The position numbers and the translations under genes were made by a program. Shown here in pieces: positions 1 to 8,256 of a stretch of DNA of 64,000 nt (positions within the stretch are counted from its first letter, which is position 1; each line of letters begins with the position of its first letter). This DNA comes from Macrostomum lignano. Taxonomy: Eukaryota. The DNA lies in contig NIVC01002079.1 of NCBI GenBank assembly GCA_002269645.1, forward strand, positions 1 to 64,000, read 5' to 3'. The notes below the pieces were generated by a model. The model ran no database searches. It was given only the letters and a program-made list of their open reading frames with translations, and was not told where the DNA came from.

Positions 1-4
1 TTTG

Positions 5-532
5 TCACGCGAATTTTGCGACATCTTTAGACAATCGAGAGAACGCCAGTGCCTGCTGCAGATCGCTACTTTTATAGACCCGTAGCGCGAGGCCGCAGCC
101 AATCAGCGTACAGCGCCACTTGGCCAGGGCGCAGGGTAGCACGTACTTTGAGGCACTCGGAAAGGCTAGGTGTGCGAGGTCGTAGACAGGCTGCAGCAGC
201 AGACGCGACAGGAACTGGCACTTGACATCCCCCTTGCTAAATATCGGGCCTTGCAAGTGAGAGATATCGCTCCAGAGACAAGAGTAGGGTCGGAACCCAC
301 TCCTGTCCCAGTCTAGACCGTGCCGCTTATTGGTGAGCCAGTAGCAGGTTCGTCGCTGTCCTCTATCAAAGAGCTCAAAGCTGTGCGGCGGCTGGTAGCA
401 ATAGTAATGAGCCGTCGTTTGACCGCATGCAAACTCAACCCATGCAATTTCCTTAATCACAAAGTCCTCTGTTTTGTAGAGGTGCGGAAATCCTTCAAAA
501 TCAATGACAATCATCTTGGCCACTTGATCCAC
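5..532 (-). CDS. Polinton accessory DEDD-type 3'-5' exonuclease-like protein (likely start MIVIDFEGF at about 511)
   Basis: N-terminal hhhDxEGF strand followed by FVIKEIA, HGLDW and IFSKG, the pattern of DEDD-family nuclease ORFs in animal Mavericks. The ATG at 511 overlaps a TGA (ATGA) in the corrected frame of the upstream gene. Confidence 0.65.
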   Translation of the reverse strand: MDQVAKMIVIDFEGFPHLYKTEDFVIKEIAWVEFACGQTTAHYYCYQPPHSFELFDRGQRRTCYWLTNKRHGLDWDRSGFRPYSCLWSDISHLQGPIFSKGDVKCQFLSRLLLQPVYDLAHLAFPSASKYVLPCALAKWRCTLIGCGLALRVYKSSDLQQALAFSRLSKDVAKFA

Positions 533-1106
533 TTGCCGTATCCTTTCTGAGACTGAGTCTTCTTATAGCCTTGCAGTCGAGTTTTTTAGGACTGGACTTT
601 TCTTCCCGAGGCTTTTCCAGCAATTTTGTAGTGTTCAGACCAACTGCAGACAGAGGCACGTGGTTTTCTTGAAGACACGTAACAAACTCATTAATCCCAT
701 TCGGTGGCTGAAGGTACTTAGAGTACGTATCTTTAACTATGAAATGCAGCAGGTCCACGATATTTGAGTTGTACAACGGTTTACCATTGACAGAAACTTC
801 ATACGTATCATCTATGCTAATCGACTTGCACTTTACGGTTATGAAGCTAATCAATGCCTGCAGACGATGATGCCATTTCTGATTCACCGTCAGATATAAA
901 ACCTCCTTCCACTGCGGTTCTTTGTGAATTACTGGAGGCTGTTCTTGGGTCGCACTTGCCTGCAGCTGCTGCACGCAACGCTCGTCCCTAATCTTGCGCA
1001 ACTGTTTTTCCGCCTCTAGCTCGGGTTCACAGACTGTCTCCATGCCCCTCTGATTCACAAGTGCCTCATACTGCAACCGGGGTACCAGTATCATTTCCTT
1101 GTACAT
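501..1106 (-). CDS. Conserved uncharacterised Polinton protein (about 200 aa); probable -1 frameshift near the C-terminus
   Basis: MYKEMILVP start and EVSVNGKPLYNSNIVDLLHFIV...PPNGINEFVTCLQENHVP block resemble a conserved Polinton ORF. Adding one A to the A6 run near 582-587 gives the ending ...QKGYGKWIKWPR* with an ATGA overlap onto the next gene. Confidence 0.65.
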   Translation of the reverse strand: MYKEMILVPRLQYEALVNQRGMETVCEPELEAEKQLRKIRDERCVQQLQASATQEQPPVIHKEPQWKEVLYLTVNQKWHHRLQALISFITVKCKSISIDDTYEVSVNGKPLYNSNIVDLLHFIVKDTYSKYLQPPNGINEFVTCLQENHVPLSAVGLNTTKLLEKPREEKSSPKKLDCKAIRRLSLRKDTASGSSGQDDCH

Positions 1107-1398
1107 GTCTTTTTATACAGGTGAGAATCAGAGGAAGACAACGAAGGATATGCGGGTGTGAGAGATTACGCCGAGCCTCTTTCACACTTTTGCTTTGTGC
1201 AACAAGCCGGAGAGTATTTCGATATCGCCTGAGTCTCCGCTTCAAGCTATCTTCACAGCCAACTTTTCCTGCTAGTAAGTTGATAATACACTCGACCAAA
1301 AAGCAAATGGTGCTTTTATTTGCATAGGTAAGTATGCAGCGACGCAAGGATATAGTGCCCTCACAAAAGACAGTTATTAGTGCAATGTGTTTATCCAT
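1066..1398 (-). CDS. Conserved small Polinton protein (110 aa)
   Basis: RRCILTYA...ICFLVECIINLLAGKV...LKRRLRRYRNTLRLV pattern recalls the small conserved Polinton ORF next to the ATPase. The exact Repbase-style label cannot be verified here. Confidence 0.65.
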   Translation of the reverse strand: MDKHIALITVFCEGTISLRRCILTYANKSTICFLVECIINLLAGKVGCEDSLKRRLRRYRNTLRLVAQSKSVKEARRNLSHPHILRCLPLILTCIKRHVQGNDTGTPVAV

Positions 1399-1428
1399 GT
1401 TTAACTCAGTGCAGAGACTGAGCCATTC

Positions 1429-2086
1429 TTATAGATAAACTCGCTGCGGGGCCTCATCGGGGAGAAAATTGGCTCTCAGGCGCAGTTCATGGGTGAAGCG
1501 GGGTGAAAATCAAGCAGCAGATAGCGCTGATCTCCATCTCGCACCAATCGATCCATCAGTTCTACTAGCAGAGTGCGCCGTTTGGGAAAGCATTGCTGAC
1601 TTAAAGCTTGGACCGCAGAGGCGTCTCTGGGGTTGTTGAACAACACATGTAGGTGCAATTTATGCTAATTGTGCGCCACTCTCTGCCTTTGAAAAATAGA
1701 TTTTGCGTGATGAGAATGACAAAGCAGGGCTTGTGGTGGGCCTCACGGGTGAACAGATGTCGTAGCTCTCGACTTGCAGCTGCTTCATCCAGTAAATCGT
1801 CAATCACAATCAGGTCATGGGGCTGCAGATCCAAATTCGATAATCCTTCACATACTTGCACTCCTAGCCGCCGCAGAGTCGCGTGGAGTTCCGGCTGCGG
1901 GCATCCGTGATACCAAATCATCCGCTTGGGAGGTTGGTCGAACAGAAGCAGTCGTTGGGACAGCAACCGCAAACAGAATGTTGATTTTCCCGCTCGAGAA
2001 GGGCCCGAAACCATCATGCAGCCTCCCATCCGCAGTCTGGAATCAAACACCTTGCAACTGATTTTTGAGTCTGAGTATGATTGCAT
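1429..2086 (-). pseudogene. A32/FtsK-like genome-packaging ATPase, two single-base frameshifts
   Basis: Walker A SGPSRAGKS, Walker B LIVIDD, HH..FVILITQNLF..RTISIN. A -1 shift at about 1650 restores YMVLFNNPRD; a -1 shift at about 1490 restores DELRLRANFLPDEAPQRVYL* (stop 1429-1431). Confidence 0.9.
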
Positions 2087-2515
2087 CGTTTTGAGCCACA
2101 GCTGCCGGGTGCAAAACCTTGATGAACAAGGCATTATATGACATTCTCTTATGCAGTCGATGGATCAAGTAAAAAATGCAATACCAGCCGCAAGAGTTGA
2201 CGAACTGGGCTGAACAGGGACCGTATTCCATTGTAGCACCATCCGCGTCGGTTTAGTTTTCTTTAACCAGCTCTTCATATTTTTACTCAAGCCTCCCAAA
2301 GAGTTGAAAATTTCACAATGCACTTTACTGGTTACTACTCCAGCAATCCAGTGACCGCACTCATCATTCCATGGCTCATACAAAATGAAGCAGCAGGGTC
2401 GGCAGGTTGAATCGAAAAATGGTGTCACTGTTCCAACTGTAAAATTTCCGCAATAGGCATCCCGCACAGATGTGGGGCAGCGAGAAATGAACGCTTCCAA
2501 CTCTTCGGAATTCAT
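2043..2515 (-). pseudogene. Adenain-like maturation cysteine protease, one frameshift
   Basis: GHWIA, EIFNSLG and VQPSSST in one frame join CGWYCIFYL in another frame through a -1 shift at about 2192. Catalytic H and C are present; the true 3' end may lie slightly upstream of the ORF-track stop. Confidence 0.85.
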
Positions 2516-3782
2516 GCTCTGCGATAATCCAGCAGCACATCCCTCTCTTTAGTGATTTCCATGCATGAATCATACACGCACAAGCAGATGAGTGTGACTG
2601 GCTGTGCGAGAGCGTTGGAAAAGCGAATATCCAGTCGTAGTTGACCCTGCCTATGACCAAACCAGCTGCCTACTTCATCGCCACTTGGACTAAGGTCAAA
2701 CGCAAGCAGATAGGCACTATTTCGAAATTCATCAAAGCTTATGCAATATTTTCCACTGAGACTGCGGGCAAACTGCAAAAATTCGGATGAGGCTGCTGCT
2801 GTGGTTCTATGGGCTGCCCAGTAATTGGCTCTCCATTGACAAACAGGCTTAAACTATTCAATCCAAATGCTTGGAACCAAAACGGGTTGTGGTGCAGAGA
2901 TCCATTGAAAGCAGTCTGGCTGACCATTCCAAGGAGCACAAATTTTGGCAGCTGACCATGCGTGATTGAATCGAGACTCTTGTTTCTTGTCCCAACAGAA
3001 AATGTGAATGTCTGAAGCTCTCTTCTATCAAAGTGGTAGAGAGCATTACGCTGTGAGAGCCCCTGTTCATGTGCGAGAGCCACTGTTGGGTTTACTCGGA
3101 GACGCCTCAAAAGCAGAATAGCATTGTCGACTTCAACACGGTATTGAACTCCATTATTGGGTACCATCAACGAAAAAGCGCTGCAGTGCCGGGTCAATTT
3201 GACCTGCAGGCTGATTTGGTTTAGCAGATACTGCCGGATTGAGAAAATGTCTGAAAACAACGGGCCGGCATATTGCACAACAGCAGAAGCCTCATGCAAT
3301 CTCGCACGATTTGTGAATCCATGATTTTGCTCCCCAATGGTGTCACTCTCTCCAGCGGTGTCTGGATAATAACCTGCGGCCGCCAGTTCTTGAAGCTGGT
3401 TGGCATTGCTGCTGGTCAGCACTTGAAGCATTGCTCGATATGGGTAGAGCTGGTCCCCACCACTCACAACCCGCTGGTTGAGTTTTACAGTGACATCACG
3501 AAACAGGCTGGCAAGCGGGAGATTCGATAGTCCGACATGGGCATCATCTTCATTAGTCAGCTCTGCATTGTTTATCACACGAGTTATCCGGCAAGTGACT
3601 TGCAGCACTGTGGCGTGCAGATCGGTGTAGTCCTCAGAGGAGGCATGGCAGTCGAATTCAATCGGTGCATCAGGAGTCGTGAGACTGCCGATGGGATGAA
3701 AGTCCATGAAGTGAGACCTATCCACTCCAATTTCATGCGTCATTGGCTCAAACAGATTGAGCCGTGGATTTGTCCGATACAT
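2512..3782 (-). pseudogene. Polinton major capsid protein (double jelly-roll, PY/hexon-like), one frameshift
   Basis: N-terminal LNLFEP...PIEFDC...YTDL, LYPYRAML and GPLFSDIF motifs; C-terminal AYLLAFDLSP...GQLRLDIRF...MEITKERDVLLDY in a second frame, joined by a -1 shift at about 2800. Confidence 0.92.
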
Positions 3783-4012
3783 TATGAGAGTGAATCGAGC
3801 ACTCGGTTGACTGTTTTTAACGGTATCTTGCGCTTTTTTGTGGGCACTGGCTTGCTCTTCTTTGGTTTGATTTTTGGCGTTTTCTTATGTTTTTTCTGCG
3901 ATGGAGGTGGTATGCGGGAAAGGAGAACTGCATTTTCATGAGTCTCAGGGGGCAGTCGAGATAGCAGCGATGTGGGATATCCGTGCCCATGAGGAAGTTT
4001 GAAGCAACTGCC
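3782..4012 (-). CDS. Lys/Pro-rich basic ORF remnant, possible DNA-condensing core protein (start not resolved)
   Basis: Open stretch ...HGHGYPT...PSQKKHKKTPKIKPKKSKPVPTKKRKIPLKTVNRVLDSLS*; its TAA overlaps the capsid ATG (TAATG). It sits between penton and capsid. No in-frame ATG. Confidence 0.4.
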   Translation of the reverse strand, partial: GSCFKLPHGHGYPTSLLSRLPPETHENAVLLSRIPPPSQKKHKKTPKIKPKKSKPVPTKKRKIPLKTVNRVLDSLS

Positions 4013-4810
4013 TCAATAAAACTCGGTCACTTGTCGAAATGTCCATGACTCACGCAGCTCAAAAGTCAAGACTGTGGGTCCAAAGAGTAATCGGATAGAT
4101 TCGATACAGTTGATCGGTCGTAGCCGTATTTGCATGTGTGTTAAGCGGTGGTTTGCTGCTATTGGGAAGAACAGCTTATTCTTATAGATGAGTTCCGACC
4201 GGTGACCCTGCAAAAGACCACCAATATTCAAAGTCTGCAGTGCTGGAGTAAACTGATTTCCAATACAGCGCGGGCTAATCTGATCGCACTCAACAAGCAG
4301 CAAATCCGTATTCCAGGCCGGGTTCATGCCAGGTCGTTCAAAGCATCCTGCCTGCTCGCTATAGGTTGTCTGCGCAGCACCAAAGATTTTCCCCATCTGG
4401 CTGTTTTCTGGAAACATAAATCTCTCACAGATCCCAGCCATTTGATAGTATACATAATGGCTAACTGAATCAAGGGTAAATTTAATTAGATGCACATTTA
4501 TAGGTGTTTCGCCAATTCCAGACTCATCAAAATCTTTTACAATCAGTAAAGCATTTACTGCATCAATCAGCTCATTCAAGTCATTGTAGCGCCCAGCTGG
4601 AATTTCAGCACATTGCATTGAACCCTCAAGCTGATAATATAGCGACAATGGATGAGGGATCGTGTAGATGCAGTTGATAAAACTGATTCCAAGCAGACCC
4701 AACTCATAGTCCAAAGCAGAATCCAGCAGCACAGGATGCAGCAGCTCAGCAGTAAAGTTGGCCGGGTCATCATCGGGGCCGGACATTACCTGAAATCTTT
4801 GCCTTTTCAT
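4013..4810 (-). CDS. Polinton minor capsid (penton, PX-like) protein
   Basis: ANFTAELLHPVLL...YELGLLGISF N-terminus and LLVECDQISPRCIG...FFPIA...MQIRLRP...GPTVLTFELR C-terminus match single jelly-roll pentons. Directly coupled to the integrase stop. Confidence 0.8.
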   Translation of the reverse strand: MKRQRFQVMSGPDDDPANFTAELLHPVLLDSALDYELGLLGISFINCIYTIPHPLSLYYQLEGSMQCAEIPAGRYNDLNELIDAVNALLIVKDFDESGIGETPINVHLIKFTLDSVSHYVYYQMAGICERFMFPENSQMGKIFGAAQTTYSEQAGCFERPGMNPAWNTDLLLVECDQISPRCIGNQFTPALQTLNIGGLLQGHRSELIYKNKLFFPIAANHRLTHMQIRLRPINCIESIRLLFGPTVLTFELRESWTFRQVTEFY

Positions 4811-5790
4811 ATTTTTCTTAAGTCTTTTTCGTCAATCCAACTGGGTTTTTCTGAATCGCGCCACTGAACCAAATACCGAATCTTTCCACTCTTCAGCTTC
4901 TTAATGTTGAGAACCTTGTCGATGATCCACAGCTTCTTGTTTCCTGTCACTTGCTGCATTTCCGGCTCGTAAAACTTGCCTTCCAACTCTTCACCTCGGG
5001 CATCGATCAGAGTGTACATGTATGGATAATGCTTGGGGTGGAGGGACTTGACTTCAAATACTTCCTCACTCCACCCCCTTGTGTATCCCTTGGTGAATGG
5101 GTTGGCCAGATTGCGAAGAGAGATTCGCACCATCATTCCTGCCTTGAACTTTGGTCTGGAGACCTTTTCACGAGTCTCAGGAAGCTTCCCATCGTAAAGC
5201 CGGTGCCAAATTTCCATCTCGTTTGACTTGTCGACATCAACTGGTCGGCTTTGAATACTCCGATGAATACTCTGGTTGTATGCCTTTGCTAAGGGTTGAA
5301 GCACATCGGTCCAGGTTAATGTTGACTTGTGACGGAAGTACCGCCACATTCGGGATTTCAGTGTGCGGTTCCATCTCTCAATGACTGCGCATTTCTGGTC
5401 ACTACTTGATGTGAATGCATGAATTTTGTGGTTTACGCAGAGGGCTCGGAACTGGGTGTTACAAAACTCTTTTCCACGGTCGGTCCGAACTGCTCGTGGG
5501 CATCGAGGGTGAGCTCGATTTAGGATCGCTTCGAATCCGGCTGCAACCTCCTCGGCTGTCTTGCGGCGCACCGGCTGAGCCCAGGCAAACTTGCTGAGCA
5601 CATCAATGCAGCATAAAATATATCGTACGCCGCCATTGTACTTGGCAAACGGTAGCATTTCAACCAGGTCCAGTTCCCACTGGTCATCCATGCCCCGCAC
5701 CACAATCGGTGCTCGACGAAAGTTTTTGCGTTTATCTCTATGCAGTGTGTAGACATCTTGGTCTTGGAGCCACGTTTTTACCTTTAATTG
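4807..5790 (-). CDS. int: Retroviral-like (rve) integrase with C-terminal chromodomain; N-terminus truncated
   Basis: VKTWLQDQDVYTLH...QWELDLVEM, CIDVLSKFAW, RTDRGKEF, VIERWNRTLK (D,D,E) and IDKVL...YLVQW chromodomain. The frame is open to about 5820 but has no upstream ATG, and the sequence turns AT-rich at about 5790. Confidence 0.93.
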   Translation of the reverse strand, partial: QLKVKTWLQDQDVYTLHRDKRKNFRRAPIVVRGMDDQWELDLVEMLPFAKYNGGVRYILCCIDVLSKFAWAQPVRRKTAEEVAAGFEAILNRAHPRCPRAVRTDRGKEFCNTQFRALCVNHKIHAFTSSSDQKCAVIERWNRTLKSRMWRYFRHKSTLTWTDVLQPLAKAYNQSIHRSIQSRPVDVDKSNEMEIWHRLYDGKLPETREKVSRPKFKAGMMVRISLRNLANPFTKGYTRGWSEEVFEVKSLHPKHYPYMYTLIDARGEELEGKFYEPEMQQVTGNKKLWIIDKVLNIKKLKSGKIRYLVQWRDSEKPSWIDEKDLRKI

Positions 5791-6635
5791 TAAAAACTGG
5801 AAATTGCTAGCTAGTGGATAAAACTAAAAACCTAAGCTGGAATTTTCTAAAAAATCATTGGTTTAGAAGTATATCGTATATACATACCTGCCCTACACTA
5901 AACTTGGGTCCGTGCTGTTTGTGCAACTCTCGTTTTAATGCCTGATAGCCGCCATAGCTGCCCGGTCTACTGCAGTCAAAATAAATACCTGGCAGAAGGT
6001 TTGAAATTGCCTTTTTCTTTTTCATTTTACCAAATTTCTAGTACCTATCATTTTCTTATGCCAAACACCTGCTTGAAAAAAAATAATAACTGCCCACCCC
6101 CACCAGTTTCTGCGGATTTAGCGTTTCTAGCCTCTGTTGTGCACGAAAAAGCATGCATGTTTGCACAAAATACATACATTTCAATGGGAATTTTTACCCG
6201 AATGTGTGCACAAAAAACCTCAACACTTTGCATACTTTTTAACACTGTGCACGAAAACTTGCATACTTGTGCACAAAATACATGTATTTCAATAGGGATT
6301 TGTACCCAAACCTGTGCATGAAAATTGACGCATTTTGTCGAAAAATTCACGCCGTATTGCATACTTTTAATCACTGGACGAAAACTTGCATACTTGTGGA
6401 TAAAATACATACATTTCAATGGGATTTTACCCCAGAGCTGTGCACAAAAAATGACTAATTATAGCAAAAATATTTTTGTGAAAGAGCATTTTTCTCTATT
6501 TCTGCGTATTAGATATCATAGAGTAAAGCTTGTATTTATTATTATTCAAAATATAGTATGTTCGTATTAAATTTACATGCATATAGTTGTTTTAAATCAG
6601 ATATTTACAAAGAAAAAAAAATTTGTGGGAAAAAG
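5790..6635. repeat. AT-rich foreign segment with degenerate ~120-bp internal repeats replacing the PolB 3' end and integrase 5' end
   Basis: Abrupt composition change. The motif TTGCATACTT...GTGCACAAAA...ATTTCAATxGGGATTT recurs near 6160-6200, 6260-6310 and 6390-6440. Confidence 0.55.
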
Positions 6636-7410
6636 AGCTTGCTAGTGTCCAGACAGATCGCACTGGCCGATATACACTAGCCTGTCGAGCACAACATTCG
6701 TCTTGAGAATGTGCACCAGAACTAAATCCCCGTTGAAAATCATCTGATCGCGGAATGTCGGCTTGGCCACAGGCTTCCCTGCTGAATAAACCAGCACGTA
6801 GTCCACTTGCTTGCGAACATACTCGATGGTCTACAGGGAGTTGTTTAGCAGCTTGTTGCAGTCTTTCTTGAACTCATTCTTGGCCTTTTGCACGACGCTC
6901 TATGCGGTAGATAATAACTTGCGGTTGACACGTCAACACACCGAGTGGTCCTGATTACCCAGCCACTGCCATTGCGTAGTTACTTCTCTATCCGGTTGAG
7001 GATAGTCTGCATGTCGTCAGAGAAGTAGTACTCCTCCTCACTCTGGAGAAGAGAGTGGACCTTGGCAGCAAACCAGGCAGTGTTCTCGGCGGCGCAGCTA
7101 CCATTAATGATGCGCTGCATCAGGACCCGAGGCGCAGCTGAACTTTGATGGCGGTTCCTGGCTCACGTTGATGCTGGGTGATCAAGTCAATGAAAGCTTG
7201 ACGAGTGTTTTCCAAAACATTCATCGGGTCGCCGCATGCACTGGCCCGGTAAAGTTGGGACCTGCCATTAAACGCCTCCTTGATCAGTTGAAAATGAATC
7301 GCTGGGGAGTCATCTGACTCAAACAGTGCTGGTATCGCAGGACATACCGCATTGTGCTCCTCAATGCCCCCGATTACTGATGACTCGCAAAAGTCGCAAG
7401 TTATTTGCAT
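6636..7410 (-). pseudogene. polB: Protein-primed family B DNA polymerase remnant (large internal deletion, nonsense codons, frameshifts)
   Basis: N-terminal part EAFNGRSQLYR...IKVQL...ILNRIEK*LRNGSGWVI (TAA at 6980-6982) is fused at about 6895 to the motif-B region KAKNEFKKDCNKLLNNSL*TIEYVRK...KPTFRDQMIFNGDLVLVH...VYIGQ...LDTSKL. Confidence 0.88.
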
Positions 7411-7449
7411 TTTCGTTGTATTTTTAATTTAATCTAAAATAAATAAAAA

Positions 7450-8256
7450 ATCTATGGGGCCGAGGTGCTTTATTTATAAAGGGTACTGGAGCCCTTCTCC
7501 CGCAGGGTCCAAACCAAATCGTTCATCAGGGACCTCTCGACCAATAGAATCCATTCTCCACATTTTACTCGGAAATCACTTCAAATGCTTGCTCGACCAA
7601 TAGAATCCCTTCCCCTCTCTACTCGGAAATTCCAAGCAATCAGACCCTCTACCCGTTAAGATCACATTGAAACTCTGTCTTGCGTATCACCACATGCGGT
7701 AGAGGATACTCAACTATGGACACTCATTCACATCTCAAAACTCACCCTTGAACACTCACTTAACTCACCCTTGGACACTCACCCAGACACTCAGCTGCCC
7801 AACCCCTCATCTGGCCTGCTCGACCGGCTTGCCCGACCGGCTTGCCCGACCCCAACCTGGGCTTGCCCGACCCCCTTCTCCGGCCTCCGGTATGGGATGG
7901 TGTGCTGGACAGGAAGGGGCCTTGGTATGGGATGGGGTGCAGGACAGGAGGGGGCCCGGTTTGGGGTCGGAGGTAGGTGCGGCGGTGGTGGGTTTGGGGT
8001 CGGGTGGGCGTCTTTGGGGGCCCGGTTTGGGGTCGGGGTGGGTGCGTGGCGGTGGTGGGTTTGGCCGGGGTCGGGGTGGGTTTGGGGGTCGGGATTGGGT
8101 GCGTGGCGGTGGTGGGTTTGGGTCGGGGTGGGTTTGGGGGTCGGGGTGGGTTTGGCGTCGGGGTGGGCGTTTTTGGGGGCGCCGTCTCTCCTCATTGGCC
8201 GGGTGCCCCGGCCAATCCGGTGCGATGGCGGTAGAGGGTACCACTTTCCTACTACT
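7450..8256. repeat. Probable Polinton terminal inverted repeat region with G-rich short repeats
   Basis: Non-coding region between the PolB start and the terminus. It has a TATA-like run near 7475, a repeated CGACCAATAGAATCC (about 7540, 7595) and GGGTTTGGGGTCGGGG repeats at about 7955-8175. The partner TIR is not in the window. Confidence 0.6.

Larger units (their letters stand above)
1..8256 (-). mobile_element. Polinton/Maverick (adintovirus-like) endogenous viral element, right part; left end lies outside the window
   Basis: Contiguous minus-strand array of rve integrase, double jelly-roll capsid, penton, adenain-like protease, A32/FtsK-like ATPase and PolB fragments. Several stop/start overlaps (4807-4810, 2512-2515, 3780-3784). 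Sequence ends ...TTCCTACTACT at 8256 (reverse complement AGTAGTAGG), the Polinton-type terminus. Confidence 0.95.

Noticed and set aside
1429-3782. Programmed -1 ribosomal frameshifting in Polinton genes
   Set aside because: No consistent slippery heptamers, and the shifts fall inside conserved motifs of enzymes that are normally single ORFs. Deletion errors or decay are simpler explanations.
320-5756. Plus-strand and alternative-frame ORFs overlapping Polinton genes
   Set aside because: No recognisable motifs; they are shadows of the real minus-strand genes or pieces of frameshifted genes already accounted for.
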